A program made the position numbers and the translations under genes. Positions 1 through 10,003 of a stretch of 64,000 nucleotides of DNA are shown piece by piece. The stretch's first letter is position 1. Each line of letters starts with the position of its first letter. Origin of the DNA: a virus; IMG/VR virus record IMGVR_UViG_3300030430_004473, positions 11,828 through 75,827 of that record; one strand, 5' to 3'. The notes under the pieces were generated by a model that made no database searches, was not told the DNA's origin, and saw only the letters and a list, made by a program, of their open reading frames with translations.

Positions 1-1
1 T

Positions 2-361
2 CTGGATCACAAAGAGCATAATTATTATAGTCAGACATGTCGAGCTTATTACAGAAGTAGTAAATATCCTTGTGTTACTTGTACTCAACCGCCAAAATTT
101 ATTTCTCATGATGATAATTCAATAGTCTATCCTACAATTCGAGAAATAGAGCTGATGATAGGTTTACCGGAAGGATATACATCAATACATAACGCATATT
201 ATAAACGGCTTCATAACATAGGAAATGGGTGGGATATTCCAACGATAGAGCATATCCTTCAAGACATCCAGGCTTTGCTGAAGAATAATAAATATCAAGC
301 TCGCAGACCTATCCAAATGCAGTTATTCAGAGATCCGGAGCTTGATTGTCAGATTGACTGA
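2..361 (+). CDS. C5-cytosine DNA methyltransferase, C-terminal part (5' end outside the window)
   Basis: The frame is open from position 2. PTIREIELMIGLPEGYT is motif IX-like and LHNIGNGW is motif X-like. QMQLF lies near the C-terminus. Confidence 0.75.
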   Translation: MDHKEHNYYSQTCRAYYRSSKYPCVTCTQPPKFISHDDNSIVYPTIREIELMIGLPEGYTSIHNAYYKRLHNIGNGWDIPTIEHILQDIQALLKNNKYQARRPIQMQLFRDPELDCQID

Positions 362-371
362 CTTCTAACTT

Positions 372-824
372 CTAACTTTTATCGTTGAGAAGTTTGAACA
401 ACTGATATGACTTTTCAAAGTGGCCACCAAGATGAAGAGAGTTTTTAGCTCTAGATCTAGAGTCATTGGTTTGAATGATTTCAACGATTTTAGCATTGAG
501 CTGGTTCTTTCTTCTGGTGCTCATTCCAACATAAACTTGGAATTCAGCTATAGTTTTGGTTCCTCTCTTACTGTTACATCTTTTGCAACAAGTGATGAGA
601 TTGTTAGCTAGATTGCTACCTCCCTGAGAATCCGGAACGATATGATCTAAAGATAAAGAATTCCAGAAGTCATTTCTTTTGATATTATCTTTCTCTATCT
701 GTGACTCAGACATGCCACAGTACCAGCACTTTCTTTGGTCTCGAAAGTAGATCGCTTGACGCTTTTCTCGCGCGATCCAGCTTCCAGCATGACGTTTTGC
801 TTTGCGATTTCTTTTTGTAGGCAT
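372..824 (-). CDS. HNH endonuclease
   Basis: RD..CWYCG ... LDHIVPDSQGGSNLANNLITCCKRCNSKRG is a classic McrA-type HNH signature. It has its own promoter and an AACAACGGAG leader. Confidence 0.9.
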   Translation of the reverse strand: MPTKRNRKAKRHAGSWIAREKRQAIYFRDQRKCWYCGMSESQIEKDNIKRNDFWNSLSLDHIVPDSQGGSNLANNLITCCKRCNSKRGTKTIAEFQVYVGMSTRRKNQLNAKIVEIIQTNDSRSRAKNSLHLGGHFEKSYQLFKLLNDKS

Positions 825-854
825 AATAAACTCCGTTGTTGTTAGTCATAATTT

Positions 855-883
855 ATTCTAACACAAAACGTATTACTATACAA
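855..883 (-). promoter_or_regulatory. sigma70-type promoter with palindromic operator
   Basis: Minus strand TTGTAT-17nt-TAGAAT. Operator TAATACGTTTTGTGTTA at 859-875. Confidence 0.65.
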
Positions 884-895
884 CAAAAAGAGAAT

Positions 896-1432
896 TTATT
901 TTATTTTTCTTTCAATAAACTTCTTCAGACGATCTTCATTGATAGAGAAACAATATAGATCTTCACCGTTGTGATTGTAGGTGGGGCCGGTAACAAGCTC
1001 GAATACTTTATCTTTTGGAACATTCTGATAATGATATTCTGTAGCTGTATCATGATCGTGATTCCAAGCTATATAGAAACGAACATTGAAAGAATTATCT
1101 TGATTTCTAGTTATTTTCATAGGTTCTATATAGTGAATCCATCCCTCGTTTGTAACCGAGAAACCAATTTTATTTGCGTATTCTTTTATTTGAACAAAAG
1201 AACGTTCTACAGAACGATTGATCCAAGCTTCGAAACTGATAACTTGTTTCAGTTCTTTTTTAGAATCATCATCATAGACTATTGTAATATCAATAGGATC
1301 GTGGCCTTCGTAATGATATGTATAGCCACCGCCAAAATATTGATCTTCTTTGTTTTCAGTAACCAGCTTAGAATTACTGAATTGAAGATTAGAAATCTTT
1401 TTATCAAATAGGTCTGTATGTTTATTAGTCAT
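896..1432 (-). CDS. hypothetical protein
   Basis: 178-aa ORF preceded by ACAACGGAGG leader. Confidence 0.75.
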   Translation of the reverse strand: MTNKHTDLFDKKISNLQFSNSKLVTENKEDQYFGGGYTYHYEGHDPIDITIVYDDDSKKELKQVISFEAWINRSVERSFVQIKEYANKIGFSVTNEGWIHYIEPMKITRNQDNSFNVRFYIAWNHDHDTATEYHYQNVPKDKVFELVTGPTYNHNGEDLYCFSINEDRLKKFIERKIK

Positions 1433-1490
1433 AATATCCTCCGTTGTAAGTAATAAATAATATGTATTGTTGTATCTTTGCAGACAGCTT

Positions 1491-1700
1491 TCAAAATGGA
1501 ATTTTCAATATTTCTTCAGCTAGATATTTGGCTTTGTGTGCTAACGTCATAGCTTCGAGACTATTGAAATCCGGATCTACAAACTTGATATGCATGAAAA
1601 CGCATATTTCCGGTGTTAGTTCTTTGCGAAGTCCACCGGCTCGGTGAACCTTTTTCATCATTAAATAATGATCGATCAAATAAGAAATAGAATCTACCAT
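1491..1700 (-). CDS. hypothetical protein (likely start MVDSIS at 1700)
   Basis: ATG overlaps the stop of a 30-aa hydrophobic mini-ORF at 1694-1786. Confidence 0.5.
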   Translation of the reverse strand: MVDSISYLIDHYLMMKKVHRAGGLRKELTPEICVFMHIKFVDPDFNSLEAMTLAHKAKYLAEEILKIPF

Positions 1701-1775
1701 AACATTTCTACCAATGAATAAACCAACATCATCATAGCAATCCAAAGTATTCCGATTTCTAATTTAGATAGGTCG

Positions 1776-2999
1776 TTACGTTTCATCTTTCAGCTCTAAT
1801 TTGAAGTTATAATCTTGTATTCTATATGTATCTTTTATTTTGAGCTGTTGTTGAAATCTTTTGTAATCTACATGATGATGATACCTATTAAATTTCTTTG
1901 TTACAGTTACACAATCGGGATGTTGATCTTGTAGCGATTTAGCAAACAGATATCTATCATCATTGTCAGTATAAACTGAATCAGTGTTACCACCTTTCAT
2001 TCTCATAGAAGCTACTTTATCTCCCAAAAATGTAGCGAAGTTTATCGTGCAGAATCCGGCTTTTAAGATACGCAAACACAGATCTGTATCTTCATTGTAC
2101 CGGCCTCGCCAAAGCTTTCCGTTTATCTTTATTTGGTTGTTTATTTCTTTATTCATTAAGCTCATAGAATAGACTCTCGTATTCAAATAATACGGAGGAA
2201 TACAGAAGTCATTTTTACAAAGTCCTAGATGATACATGCCTGATATTCCTACATTCGTATATCTATCAGTAAAGTCCTCTACAGCTGCAAATATAGCTGG
2301 TGACTTCACACGATAAGAAATGTTATTGGTCATTCTCCAGAAGTATCGAATATTATCATCAAGTAACCAGTATTTTTGAGACGTTACATGATCATCAATC
2401 CAATTACGAACCGGAATAGAAGAAGCTGTTGTTGTATCAAAATCGCCAGTAATGACTCTATTTCCGTATATAGATTGATAGGGTTCTATTTCATTAGGTT
2501 CTACTACGATATAGAAGTCAACGCCCATCCACATTAAAGTTTGAGCAGTTAAACAAGTTTCAGCTCTTCCTTTGCTTATTATGTATATTGGATATCTAGG
2601 TTTTATATCATCAGAAGTATAAATATATTTGTTGATACCTTTTTCATGCTTGTCTTTTTTAGGATACCAGATCGATTTTGTTTTTTCTGTAATCGGTTGT
2701 TCAAAGAAGTCACTGAGCTGATCACAAGTGAAGTTTGTTTTAAGTTCTATATGATGATACGGATATACTTTGATTGATCGGTATTCTGGCATGTCGGTCC
2801 ACTCAAAATCATCACAATTAATTTCATAGTGTTTCTTTTCTCGATTATCTTTTTTGGCAGTAATGATCGTAGTATTGCCAAACAAATCCAGGCCGGTATT
2901 CATATCAACAGATCTATATTTGATTAGATCCATGTTTATCTTTTTAGAAATGCTTTCAACAGCTGAAATGCTATCAAATCTTACTTGTATCGTTCTCAT
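1776..2999 (-). CDS. GREB1-like / TET-associated (TAGT) GT-A fold DNA glycosyltransferase with fused N-terminal accessory domain
   Basis: PRYPIYIISKGRA, VVEPNE, RNWI, WLLDDNI, RVYS, WRGRYNEDTDLCLR, MKGGNT, RYHHHVDY. The likely start is MRTIQV at 2999 (GAGG RBS); the ORF track starts at 3110. Confidence 0.75.
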   Translation of the reverse strand: MRTIQVRFDSISAVESISKKINMDLIKYRSVDMNTGLDLFGNTTIITAKKDNREKKHYEINCDDFEWTDMPEYRSIKVYPYHHIELKTNFTCDQLSDFFEQPITEKTKSIWYPKKDKHEKGINKYIYTSDDIKPRYPIYIISKGRAETCLTAQTLMWMGVDFYIVVEPNEIEPYQSIYGNRVITGDFDTTTASSIPVRNWIDDHVTSQKYWLLDDNIRYFWRMTNNISYRVKSPAIFAAVEDFTDRYTNVGISGMYHLGLCKNDFCIPPYYLNTRVYSMSLMNKEINNQIKINGKLWRGRYNEDTDLCLRILKAGFCTINFATFLGDKVASMRMKGGNTDSVYTDNDDRYLFAKSLQDQHPDCVTVTKKFNRYHHHVDYKRFQQQLKIKDTYRIQDYNFKLELKDET

Positions 3000-3066
3000 A
3001 GTATCCTCATAAGAAAGTGATAGCCTAACGTATTGTAGGCTATCTGTTGTTGTTCTATTTAGAAGA

Positions 3067-3687
3067 TTACCACGGTTGATTATTTGCCCATTTGCGGATA
3101 TCTGCTCCACGAATACCGTATGTCATTTGATAATCAGAACCTTCAGTATATTCATCTTCTACTCTCATATATCCACCGTCTGCAGCTGATTTTGATTTCA
3201 TCCATTTTACATTTTCAAGTGCTTTATACAACCAGTGGAACCCCACACTGTACTGAAGATCATCCCATGAGTGGTTGTTTTCATCAGCATATAGTTCTAT
3301 ATATCCAGCTTCATCAAACGATACGTGATAGTGCTTAAAAAAAGCATTATCTATAAGATTTTGCTTTAGATCTTTTTGATTTAATCTTTTAATTTCTTTA
3401 TTCCAAACTTTTCCGACAAGTTCTTCTTTTTCATCATACCAACCATGTGTTCTTAAACCGGTTGGAACGTATGACCAATTATCTTTCTTAAAAACAGAAA
3501 AGACTACTGATAATTGTTCTTTTTCAGAAAGACTTTCCCACTTCTTTCTACTTTTCATGCTTTTCTTCTTTTCGTTTATTATTTTCACAAATTGATTGTG
3601 TTTTGTAACTATGTATTTGATGAGCTTGTTATATTCGCTCATTTTACCTATTTTGAAAGATCCCTTAGCTTCTTGATTACATGACAT
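3067..3687 (-). CDS. hypothetical protein
   Basis: 206-aa ORF with AACAACGGAG leader and promoter TTGACT-16-TATAAT (3730-3757). Confidence 0.75.
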   Translation of the reverse strand: MSCNQEAKGSFKIGKMSEYNKLIKYIVTKHNQFVKIINEKKKSMKSRKKWESLSEKEQLSVVFSVFKKDNWSYVPTGLRTHGWYDEKEELVGKVWNKEIKRLNQKDLKQNLIDNAFFKHYHVSFDEAGYIELYADENNHSWDDLQYSVGFHWLYKALENVKWMKSKSAADGGYMRVEDEYTEGSDYQMTYGIRGADIRKWANNQPW

Positions 3688-3760
3688 GATTTTTCTCCGT
3701 TGTTGAATGTTAGAATGTCTAGTAATAATATTATAGCATTTTGTATTATATAGTCAAATT

Positions 3761-4285
3761 TTAATTTGCATTTATTTCAATATATTGATCTTTTTGATCG
3801 GTTTTTTGAAATATTCCAACATTATCTCCCCAATAACCAGATTCATCAATGTAGTATTCTATTAGTGATACGTCTGTATTCCACTTTGCTAGAGCAGGAT
3901 AGGCATCAGCTAAGAATCGCCAGCAATCACGATCCCAATGATACGATCCTCTACTCGGTGTGCATATATATATGTAACCTCCAAGCTTCGTTATTCGTAC
4001 CATTTCATTGAACGTAACCCAAAAAGCTTGATCGTGTTCAAACATAGAAGTAGAAACAACAACATCAATAGAAGATGTATTGATCGGATATTTATTGTGA
4101 GCTTCAACAACAATATCAACCCCTTCAGCTTGTCTTATATCTAGTGTTCTATAATTGTGTTCAGCGAAAAGATTTCTCAGATTTCCGTTTATGTCGGCCC
4201 CTCCGATATCAATTACTTCAAGGCCTGGCCGTGATAGGTACTTGTTTACGAATTTCGTTATATTATTTAGGGCAGTTGGGTGCAT
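3761..4285 (-). CDS. class I SAM-dependent methyltransferase (Methyltransf_11-like)
   Basis: VIDIGG SAM-binding loop, DVVVSTSMFEHD, GGYIYI, DCWRF. Confidence 0.85.
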   Translation of the reverse strand: MHPTALNNITKFVNKYLSRPGLEVIDIGGADINGNLRNLFAEHNYRTLDIRQAEGVDIVVEAHNKYPINTSSIDVVVSTSMFEHDQAFWVTFNEMVRITKLGGYIYICTPSRGSYHWDRDCWRFLADAYPALAKWNTDVSLIEYYIDESGYWGDNVGIFQKTDQKDQYIEINAN

Positions 4286-4345
4286 TGTAATACCAAAGTA
4301 ATAGGTTATGTGTTATAATATATAATGCAATAGGAGAACAAAAGC

Positions 4346-4966
4346 ATGAATAGTATAGATACAAATGAACATATATTGAACCGAGCTGACATGATCAATA
4401 TGATAGCTCAGAAGATCAAAGCAAAGTCCTATCTTGAAATAGGCGTTCAAACAGGCAAAACGTTTAACAACGTCAACATAACTGAAAAAGTAGGTGTCGA
4501 TCCAGATTCTCGTTGGGATAGTCAAACGCATTTAATGACTTCTGACTTCTTCTTTGAAACAAACAATCAAACTTTTGATATCATCTTTGTAGATGGCCTA
4601 CATGAATCAGAACAATGTTATAAAGATATACAGAACGCATTAAAATGCCTTAATTCTGGCGGTGTTATATTAGTGGATGATGTAGCACCAAAGAAGAAAG
4701 AATATCAGACTAGAGAGCCAACAGCTCTTCACTGGACCGGTGATGTTTGGCGAGCTTGGATCAAGGTTCGAAGAGTTTCAAGATATCATACAAAAACGTA
4801 TGATGTTGCTTTTGGAATAGGAATCATAGACACAAATGAAACAAACGCAGCTACTTACTGGAAAACAACAGACAATATAGATTATGATACGTTTCGATCT
4901 CAGTTCTTCTATGAATATTTGAATCTAGCAAGTGCAGAACAGTTTCAACGAGATTGGAATATATAA
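4346..4966 (+). CDS. class I SAM-dependent methyltransferase (Methyltransf_24-like, often sugar O-methylation)
   Basis: YLEIGV..G, GVDP, FDIIFVDGLH, LNSGGVILVDD, WTGDVW. Confidence 0.85.
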   Translation: MNSIDTNEHILNRADMINMIAQKIKAKSYLEIGVQTGKTFNNVNITEKVGVDPDSRWDSQTHLMTSDFFFETNNQTFDIIFVDGLHESEQCYKDIQNALKCLNSGGVILVDDVAPKKKEYQTREPTALHWTGDVWRAWIKVRRVSRYHTKTYDVAFGIGIIDTNETNAATYWKTTDNIDYDTFRSQFFYEYLNLASAEQFQRDWNI

Positions 4967-5001
4967 TAGATTGTGATATAATATAAATATACGGAGAACC
5001 T

Positions 5002-5364
5002 ATGAAAGAATATGAACAAATAAAGAATGACATTCAATTAAAAATAGCTAGATCAAGTATGGCTAACATTACTGAAGCAATACAAGAAATAGATATGTAT
5101 ATTCACGTTAATTGTATGAAACACGACATAAAATATAGAGTACACAAACAGGTTGGAGATATTCAAACAGAAGTACTATTTAATGAAGTAGTATCTACAC
5201 ACTTTGCAGACGTTGATCGTAGACCTGAAGGCCTTTGTGATTTGTGGAATCTAGTATCATATAGAGCTGATCTAGTGTGGAAATATAGAGCGGTATATTC
5301 ACGATTCAAAATATGTATGGATAACATTAAAAAAAACAATAAAAACAACAAGGAGATAGCATGA
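5002..5364 (+). CDS. hypothetical protein
   Basis: ORF with ACGGAG RBS and an extended -10 (TGATATAAT) upstream. Confidence 0.7.
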   Translation: MKEYEQIKNDIQLKIARSSMANITEAIQEIDMYIHVNCMKHDIKYRVHKQVGDIQTEVLFNEVVSTHFADVDRRPEGLCDLWNLVSYRADLVWKYRAVYSRFKICMDNIKKNNKNNKEIA

Positions 5365-6149
5365 AATATGGTTTTTTACTTATAACGGATGAATATTATA
5401 GCTTTAGGAAAGATCAGATCAGTATGATTGATCGAGTTCTATCGCATTATGACAATCCGAAAATAATCGGTAGACAGATCAAAGGAACAGACACAAAAGA
5501 TATTTTGAATAAATTGAGAAAAGAATCTATGAATATTGTAGCTCTGAAACAGCAACGAAAGATAGAACGTCTTTTTGTTATTGTTGCTTGTGGAATGAAT
5601 GAATTAAAAGGTGGAGGAAGTTCGAAGTGGAATAAAATTCATCTGGAATCAATATCCAATGAGCTTGATCTATTAGAAGTAGAGAAGATCTTTATAAATC
5701 CTCAAATGCAGAAGAAGAATGATTTTAATAAACATCAAAGAGTTTGGTTATCGTCATATACTGAAAGATTAAAACAGCTTAAAGACATCAATCTTATGAA
5801 TCATCAAGTGAAAGATCTGAAAGTAAATAAAACAGATATAGAAGTATTGAGTAAAAGGATATCCTCTATCTTGAAAAGATTATATGCTGAGGCCGTAGTT
5901 GGAGAAGATAAAGTATTAGTAGCTGATAAAGTAATACCTACAATCGTGGTGAAAAGGCCAAAAAGAAAACGTCATTTGAAATTTCCGGAAAAATCAAAGA
6001 AAAAAGAAGAAGCAAAACCAAAACCAAAGCTTGTTGTGGTAGAATCTAAAGACAAACCAAAACCAAAAGAAGAAAAGAATACGAAAAAAGTAAAAGAAAA
6101 GAAAGGTATCGATCTAACTTCTTCAAGTTTCAATCTAGCTTCATATTAG
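5361..6149 (+). CDS. hypothetical protein with Lys-rich C-terminal tail
   Basis: 262 aa, AGGAG RBS, ATGA overlap with the upstream gene. Confidence 0.7.
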   Translation: MKYGFLLITDEYYSFRKDQISMIDRVLSHYDNPKIIGRQIKGTDTKDILNKLRKESMNIVALKQQRKIERLFVIVACGMNELKGGGSSKWNKIHLESISNELDLLEVEKIFINPQMQKKNDFNKHQRVWLSSYTERLKQLKDINLMNHQVKDLKVNKTDIEVLSKRISSILKRLYAEAVVGEDKVLVADKVIPTIVVKRPKRKRHLKFPEKSKKKEEAKPKPKLVVVESKDKPKPKEEKNTKKVKEKKGIDLTSSSFNLASY

Positions 6150-6158
6150 GAAAATATC

Positions 6159-6614
6159 ATGTTGTATATATGCGGAAAAAATTATAATACTTACAGATTA
6201 AATAGAAGATCAAATATTATTAAGTTAGACGAGAATATTCCTTATGGCAGCTTAGCAAAGATAAATGAATCTTTTCATATTTCATATAAATCAAACTTCA
6301 TAGGTTTCTATGGTATAACTGAAGAAGTCAAAAAGTTTGCTCTGGCAAATCAGAATAAGAATCTATTGTTGATTATAGCGGACCACATTTCAAATGCCGA
6401 TCTGATAGCTTTAAAGAACGAAAAGAATATCATACTACACGATAAGAATCTTTATGTAGTACATGACGATCCTACACTTCCTTATATCTTAGACGAAAAC
6501 AATAAAAAAACGTATACTTTTGGCGATACAAACTTTTCAATCATAGAAAAATTACAACCCAAAGAGCTACCAAAATCGGAAGGTATTGATGTTAGTGACA
6601 ATAGTCCGGAATAG
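6159..6614 (+). CDS. hypothetical protein
   Basis: 151-aa ORF within the operon. Confidence 0.65.
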   Translation: MLYICGKNYNTYRLNRRSNIIKLDENIPYGSLAKINESFHISYKSNFIGFYGITEEVKKFALANQNKNLLLIIADHISNADLIALKNEKNIILHDKNLYVVHDDPTLPYILDENNKKTYTFGDTNFSIIEKLQPKELPKSEGIDVSDNSPE

Positions 6615-7194
6615 AATATCAGTAAAAAGACAAACGACCGAAGCCAAACAAGGAAGTGTAGCAGCTAGTGTAACTACATTTCCGGCACCGAGCCAGGCCT
6701 CTACTGTATTGCTTGAGCTGAATAATGCAGATACCGGATCAGTATTGATTACTGGAACAGATAAGAATGATGGGGCCCAAACAGAAACGTTGACGTTTAC
6801 TTCATCAAAGATAGCTCAAAGTGTGAAAGTGTTCAAAACAGTAACTCAATTAGACTTCACCGATCTAGCCGGAAATTATTTCTATGCTAGGTTTCGAGGA
6901 AGAGACGGATCTAGCGTCAAGGTTCAATCAACAGTATACACTTGTATAAATGCTCAGATATCGCCAAGTAGACAGAGCTGGCCTAACGATAGAAGTGGAA
7001 CAGTGCAAAGCGGTAATATGAAGATTCTAGTGCCTTTGTATTGTATAGATGAATCTAACGTAATACAATCCGGTGACTTACTAACAGATCTAGATAGCTC
7101 GCAAGTCTTTATGGCAACAGGAAATATATTCTTTGAAGGAATCGGAATAAACAGATATCAGGTTATATATGCAGAAAGACGAGAAAGAACGTAA
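6586..7194 (+). CDS. putative head-closure / head-tail joining virion protein
   Basis: Beta-rich. N-terminal RISVKR and C-terminal IQSGDLL.D...F pattern resemble SPP1 gp16-like proteins, apparently with a central insertion. Confidence 0.45.
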   Translation: MMLVTIVRNRISVKRQTTEAKQGSVAASVTTFPAPSQASTVLLELNNADTGSVLITGTDKNDGAQTETLTFTSSKIAQSVKVFKTVTQLDFTDLAGNYFYARFRGRDGSSVKVQSTVYTCINAQISPSRQSWPNDRSGTVQSGNMKILVPLYCIDESNVIQSGDLLTDLDSSQVFMATGNIFFEGIGINRYQVIYAERRERT

Positions 7195-7447
7195 TTTTAT
7201 TGATAAGAAGTTACTGAAATATTTGTTGAAAAAACTAGAATTTGATGTTTGGTTACTAGCTGATAGAACAGGAATCAAGTATATGAAAATTTGGTTGTCT
7301 GTAAATTCTACTCGAAGATTAAAAGATGAAGAGTTAGATATCTTATCAGAATATGTAAAGAAAAATACATCACTAACAGATCACTACATAAATAAGCGTT
7401 TTAACAAGCTTTATGCTCGTAATAGGCGATCTCCAAAAACGAGGTAG
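7169..7447 (+). CDS. putative HTH DNA-binding protein
   Basis: LADRTGIKYMKIWLSVN...RL...L XRE-like pattern. Confidence 0.45.
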   Translation: MQKDEKERNFIDKKLLKYLLKKLEFDVWLLADRTGIKYMKIWLSVNSTRRLKDEELDILSEYVKKNTSLTDHYINKRFNKLYARNRRSPKTR

Positions 7448-7470
7448 TCAATACATGTTATACTGTTGAC

Positions 7471-7881
7471 ATGAAACGTCTTTATAAAAATTTCCTTGCT
7501 ACATTGAAGTATAGCGATACTCAGCTTTATGAATTGAGTATATCGCTATTGATGATACTTCTGAATCCGTTTCATTTGTTGGGTTTGGTAAGTTGTACTC
7601 ATATTGACAGTGCTATGGTAGCTCTATTGATGGTTCTATCAGTTATAGTCGGCCTGGCCCTGTTCGGAAGTGTGTTATCTCAGAAATTAAATCGTAGATA
7701 TTTTGTAGCTAAATTGTACTGGTTCTTTACATTACTAACAATAGCAAGTATTATTAAATGCGGTATTCACGAAGCTGGTCTATTAGCTTCTTTTCTATTA
7801 CAATTTTTCAGTTCTTTGTTTCTAGTCTGGCGATTAGGGTTAGAAGTAGTTCACAGAGAAATTAGAAAGAGGAGATCATAA
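7471..7881 (+). CDS. multi-pass membrane protein (holin-like)
   Basis: About 4 hydrophobic segments and a basic C-terminus. Confidence 0.5.
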   Translation: MKRLYKNFLATLKYSDTQLYELSISLLMILLNPFHLLGLVSCTHIDSAMVALLMVLSVIVGLALFGSVLSQKLNRRYFVAKLYWFFTLLTIASIIKCGIHEAGLLASFLLQFFSSLFLVWRLGLEVVHREIRKRRS

Positions 7882-8259
7882 ATGTTTAATTGGGAACATA
7901 TTGCAACAATAGTAGTGACTTTGATCGGAGCAGCTTCATCTGAAAGAGCATGGAGATACTGGCAGAACAAACAAAAAGCAGCAATCGAGGATAAGAATAT
8001 TCAACGAGAAGATCAGAATATGTATCGTGATGATCTCAGAGAAGAAGTAAAACGATTAAGAAACGATATGATCAAACTGTATGCAGAACGTGATGAAGAA
8101 CGAACCAAAACAGCTTCTGATATTGCTGATCTCAGAGAACAGTTGGCAGTATTCAAAACCCGAGTAGAACATCTTGAAAAAGAGAATACCGAATTACGGG
8201 ATCGGTTGGCAAACTGGAAACAGAAAGCAACCGATCAAGGTTTCACAATCACTGATTGA
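7882..8259 (+). CDS. N-terminal TM plus coiled-coil protein (holin/lysis-associated)
   Basis: IATIVVTLIGAA TM segment followed by a heptad coiled coil; AGGAG RBS. Confidence 0.5.
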   Translation: MFNWEHIATIVVTLIGAASSERAWRYWQNKQKAAIEDKNIQREDQNMYRDDLREEVKRLRNDMIKLYAERDEERTKTASDIADLREQLAVFKTRVEHLEKENTELRDRLANWKQKATDQGFTITD

Positions 8260-8437
8260 GCTTCAGTAATATCTTTTTAAGATCTTCTTCTTTACCTGTA
8301 ATAGTACAGGTTTTGAAGCAAACAATACAATTGTATCGTATACATAGATCTTGAAAACCAGCTTCAATTATTTCAATAGATGTAGCTTCAGTAACAAATT
8401 TTTCTATTGTTGTAATATAATCAAATGTTAATGTCAT
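8249..8437 (-). CDS. small hypothetical protein
   Basis: AACGGAG leader at 8444-8450. Confidence 0.65.
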   Translation of the reverse strand: MTLTFDYITTIEKFVTEATSIEIIEAGFQDLCIRYNCIVCFKTCTITGKEEDLKKILLKLNQ

Positions 8438-8448
8438 AATTTTCTCCG

Positions 8449-8643
8449 TTATTTGATAATGATATTTTGTTGTTGCTTTTTGGTCATTTTTCCTTTTTTA
8501 TAGGAATTGAATACGATATACATTTCTCTTATCTTTGTGTGCTGACGAGTCCAAGCAGCTTTTTCAGCTTCATTATTTGCCGTCATAGCATACAAGATTT
8601 CTTTTTCTTTTCCAATAAGTACGTTTAAATCCCAAAGTGTCAT
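8449..8643 (-). CDS. small hypothetical protein (start MTLWDL)
   Basis: AACAACGGAGG leader directly before the ATG at 8643. Confidence 0.65.
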   Translation of the reverse strand: MTLWDLNVLIGKEKEILYAMTANNEAEKAAWTRQHTKIREMYIVFNSYKKGKMTKKQQQNIIIK

Positions 8644-8673
8644 GATTACCTCCGTTGTTTGAATCATATAATT

Positions 8674-8702
8674 ATCTTATAACACAAATCGTATTATGTC
8701 AA
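8674..8702 (-). promoter_or_regulatory. sigma70 promoter with operator filling the spacer
   Basis: TTGACA-TAATACGATTTGTGTTA-TAAGAT. Confidence 0.8.
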
Positions 8703-8726
8703 ATAAATAATGAAATAATTTTATAT

Positions 8727-9356
8727 TTAATCAATATTCATGATCTTCTGTGTTTGTAGACTGAGCTTCCAAGTCGGCCTGGCTTTGCAGTACTCGATAG
8801 ATTCTTTCATATATTGTTTGTTCTTACTTTCATCTTTACTGTCTAACGGTTGTATATAATAATGATCAGCAGTAATATACTTAGAAACCAAGTCAGGATC
8901 TAAAGCTGGATAGACTACTTTCAATTCGTGAGCATGTTCAAGCTTCTGTCGAGATCTTGATTTTGGACTACAACAAATCCAATCAATATTTGGCGGTGGT
9001 ATAATAGATCCGTTTGTTTCTACAGCTACATAATATCCGTTATCTTTCAATGTCTGTATCAATTCAAATTTAACTTGCAACAAAGGTTCGCCACCGGTTA
9101 AAACTACAAACTTGCATGATTCTGATAACATCAGAAGTTTATCGATCAATGTATCGCCAGAATAGACGCCACCGTTTTGACCGTTTATTCCTATGAAGTC
9201 CGTATCACAGAAATTACATATTGCGTTTTTTCTATGTTCTTCTCTACCGGACCAGAAGTTACAGCTTGAAAAACGAACGAATATAGCCGGCCTACCGCTA
9301 TGAAAACCTTCACCTTGTATAGAGTAAAATATTTCTTTAATTGCGTAGTTTTTCAT
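8727..9356 (-). CDS. queE: 7-carboxy-7-deazaguanine synthase (radical SAM, CX14CX2C type)
   Basis: EIFYSIQGEG, FVRFSSCNFWSG...CNFCDT, VLTGGEP, VETNG, CSPK, WKLSLQT. Confidence 0.93.
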   Translation of the reverse strand: MKNYAIKEIFYSIQGEGFHSGRPAIFVRFSSCNFWSGREEHRKNAICNFCDTDFIGINGQNGGVYSGDTLIDKLLMLSESCKFVVLTGGEPLLQVKFELIQTLKDNGYYVAVETNGSIIPPPNIDWICCSPKSRSRQKLEHAHELKVVYPALDPDLVSKYITADHYYIQPLDSKDESKNKQYMKESIEYCKARPTWKLSLQTQKIMNID

Positions 9357-10003
9357 GGTAGTGCCATGACGATTTGATCACCTTTCTGTATTCCGTTAGA
9401 AATGCATGAATTACAAGTTCCACAAGCTACATAGTTATTATTTATTTTAAGAGGTTGATAGCAGGAAGAACAACATGAAAGAACATCAATCACAATGTGA
9501 TTAGAATCATGAAAAATTTCGTCTTTGGCTATATCCATCAAAGGAGCTTCGATCCGAACATTCCAATCATCAGCTATAGAGTTAATCTTTTTCAGAAACT
9601 CAGGCCGGCAATCAACATAATCAGCTACATCATCCAACACGGCCCCGTATTGAATAACATTAGCACCGTTACATACAGCTACATTTATAGCCATGTTGAG
9701 CATAATAGCGTTTCTATTAGGTACTACTCTAGATCCTGTGTTCCCACTTCCTATTTCCATAGATTTGGCATTGATAGGCAAGTATAGACTTTGATATTCA
9801 AATGTATCATCATAATAAGATATCAGTTTCTTATAGATCAAAAGACTCGCTAACTTTTCAGCTTCTTTTGCTGGATGATCATAATCTATATGAAGTAGTA
9901 GAGCTTTTCCACTCTTCAAAGAAATAGCATGTTGAAGTGCTAGAATCGTGCTATCGATCCCACCGGAGAAAAGGATAATCTTCTTTACTGTCATTTTTTC
10001 CAA
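9353..10003 (-). CDS. queC: 7-cyano-7-deazaguanine (preQ0) synthase
   Basis: FSGGIDST PP-loop, VPNRN, YVDCRPEF, SCY, CGTCNSC zinc site. Confidence 0.9.
   Translation of the reverse strand: MEKMTVKKIILFSGGIDSTILALQHAISLKSGKALLLHIDYDHPAKEAEKLASLLIYKKLISYYDDTFEYQSLYLPINAKSMEIGSGNTGSRVVPNRNAIMLNMAINVAVCNGANVIQYGAVLDDVADYVDCRPEFLKKINSIADDWNVRIEAPLMDIAKDEIFHDSNHIVIDVLSCCSSCYQPLKINNNYVACGTCNSCISNGIQKGDQIVMALP

Noticed and set aside
372-824. HNH as an intron-encoded or intein homing endonuclease
   Set aside because: It is free-standing with its own promoter and leader, and no interrupted host gene or intron structure is visible.
8727-10003. queC/queE as tRNA queuosine auxiliary metabolic genes
   Set aside because: No queF or queA is in the window, and the adjacent DpdA-like gene points to DNA modification.
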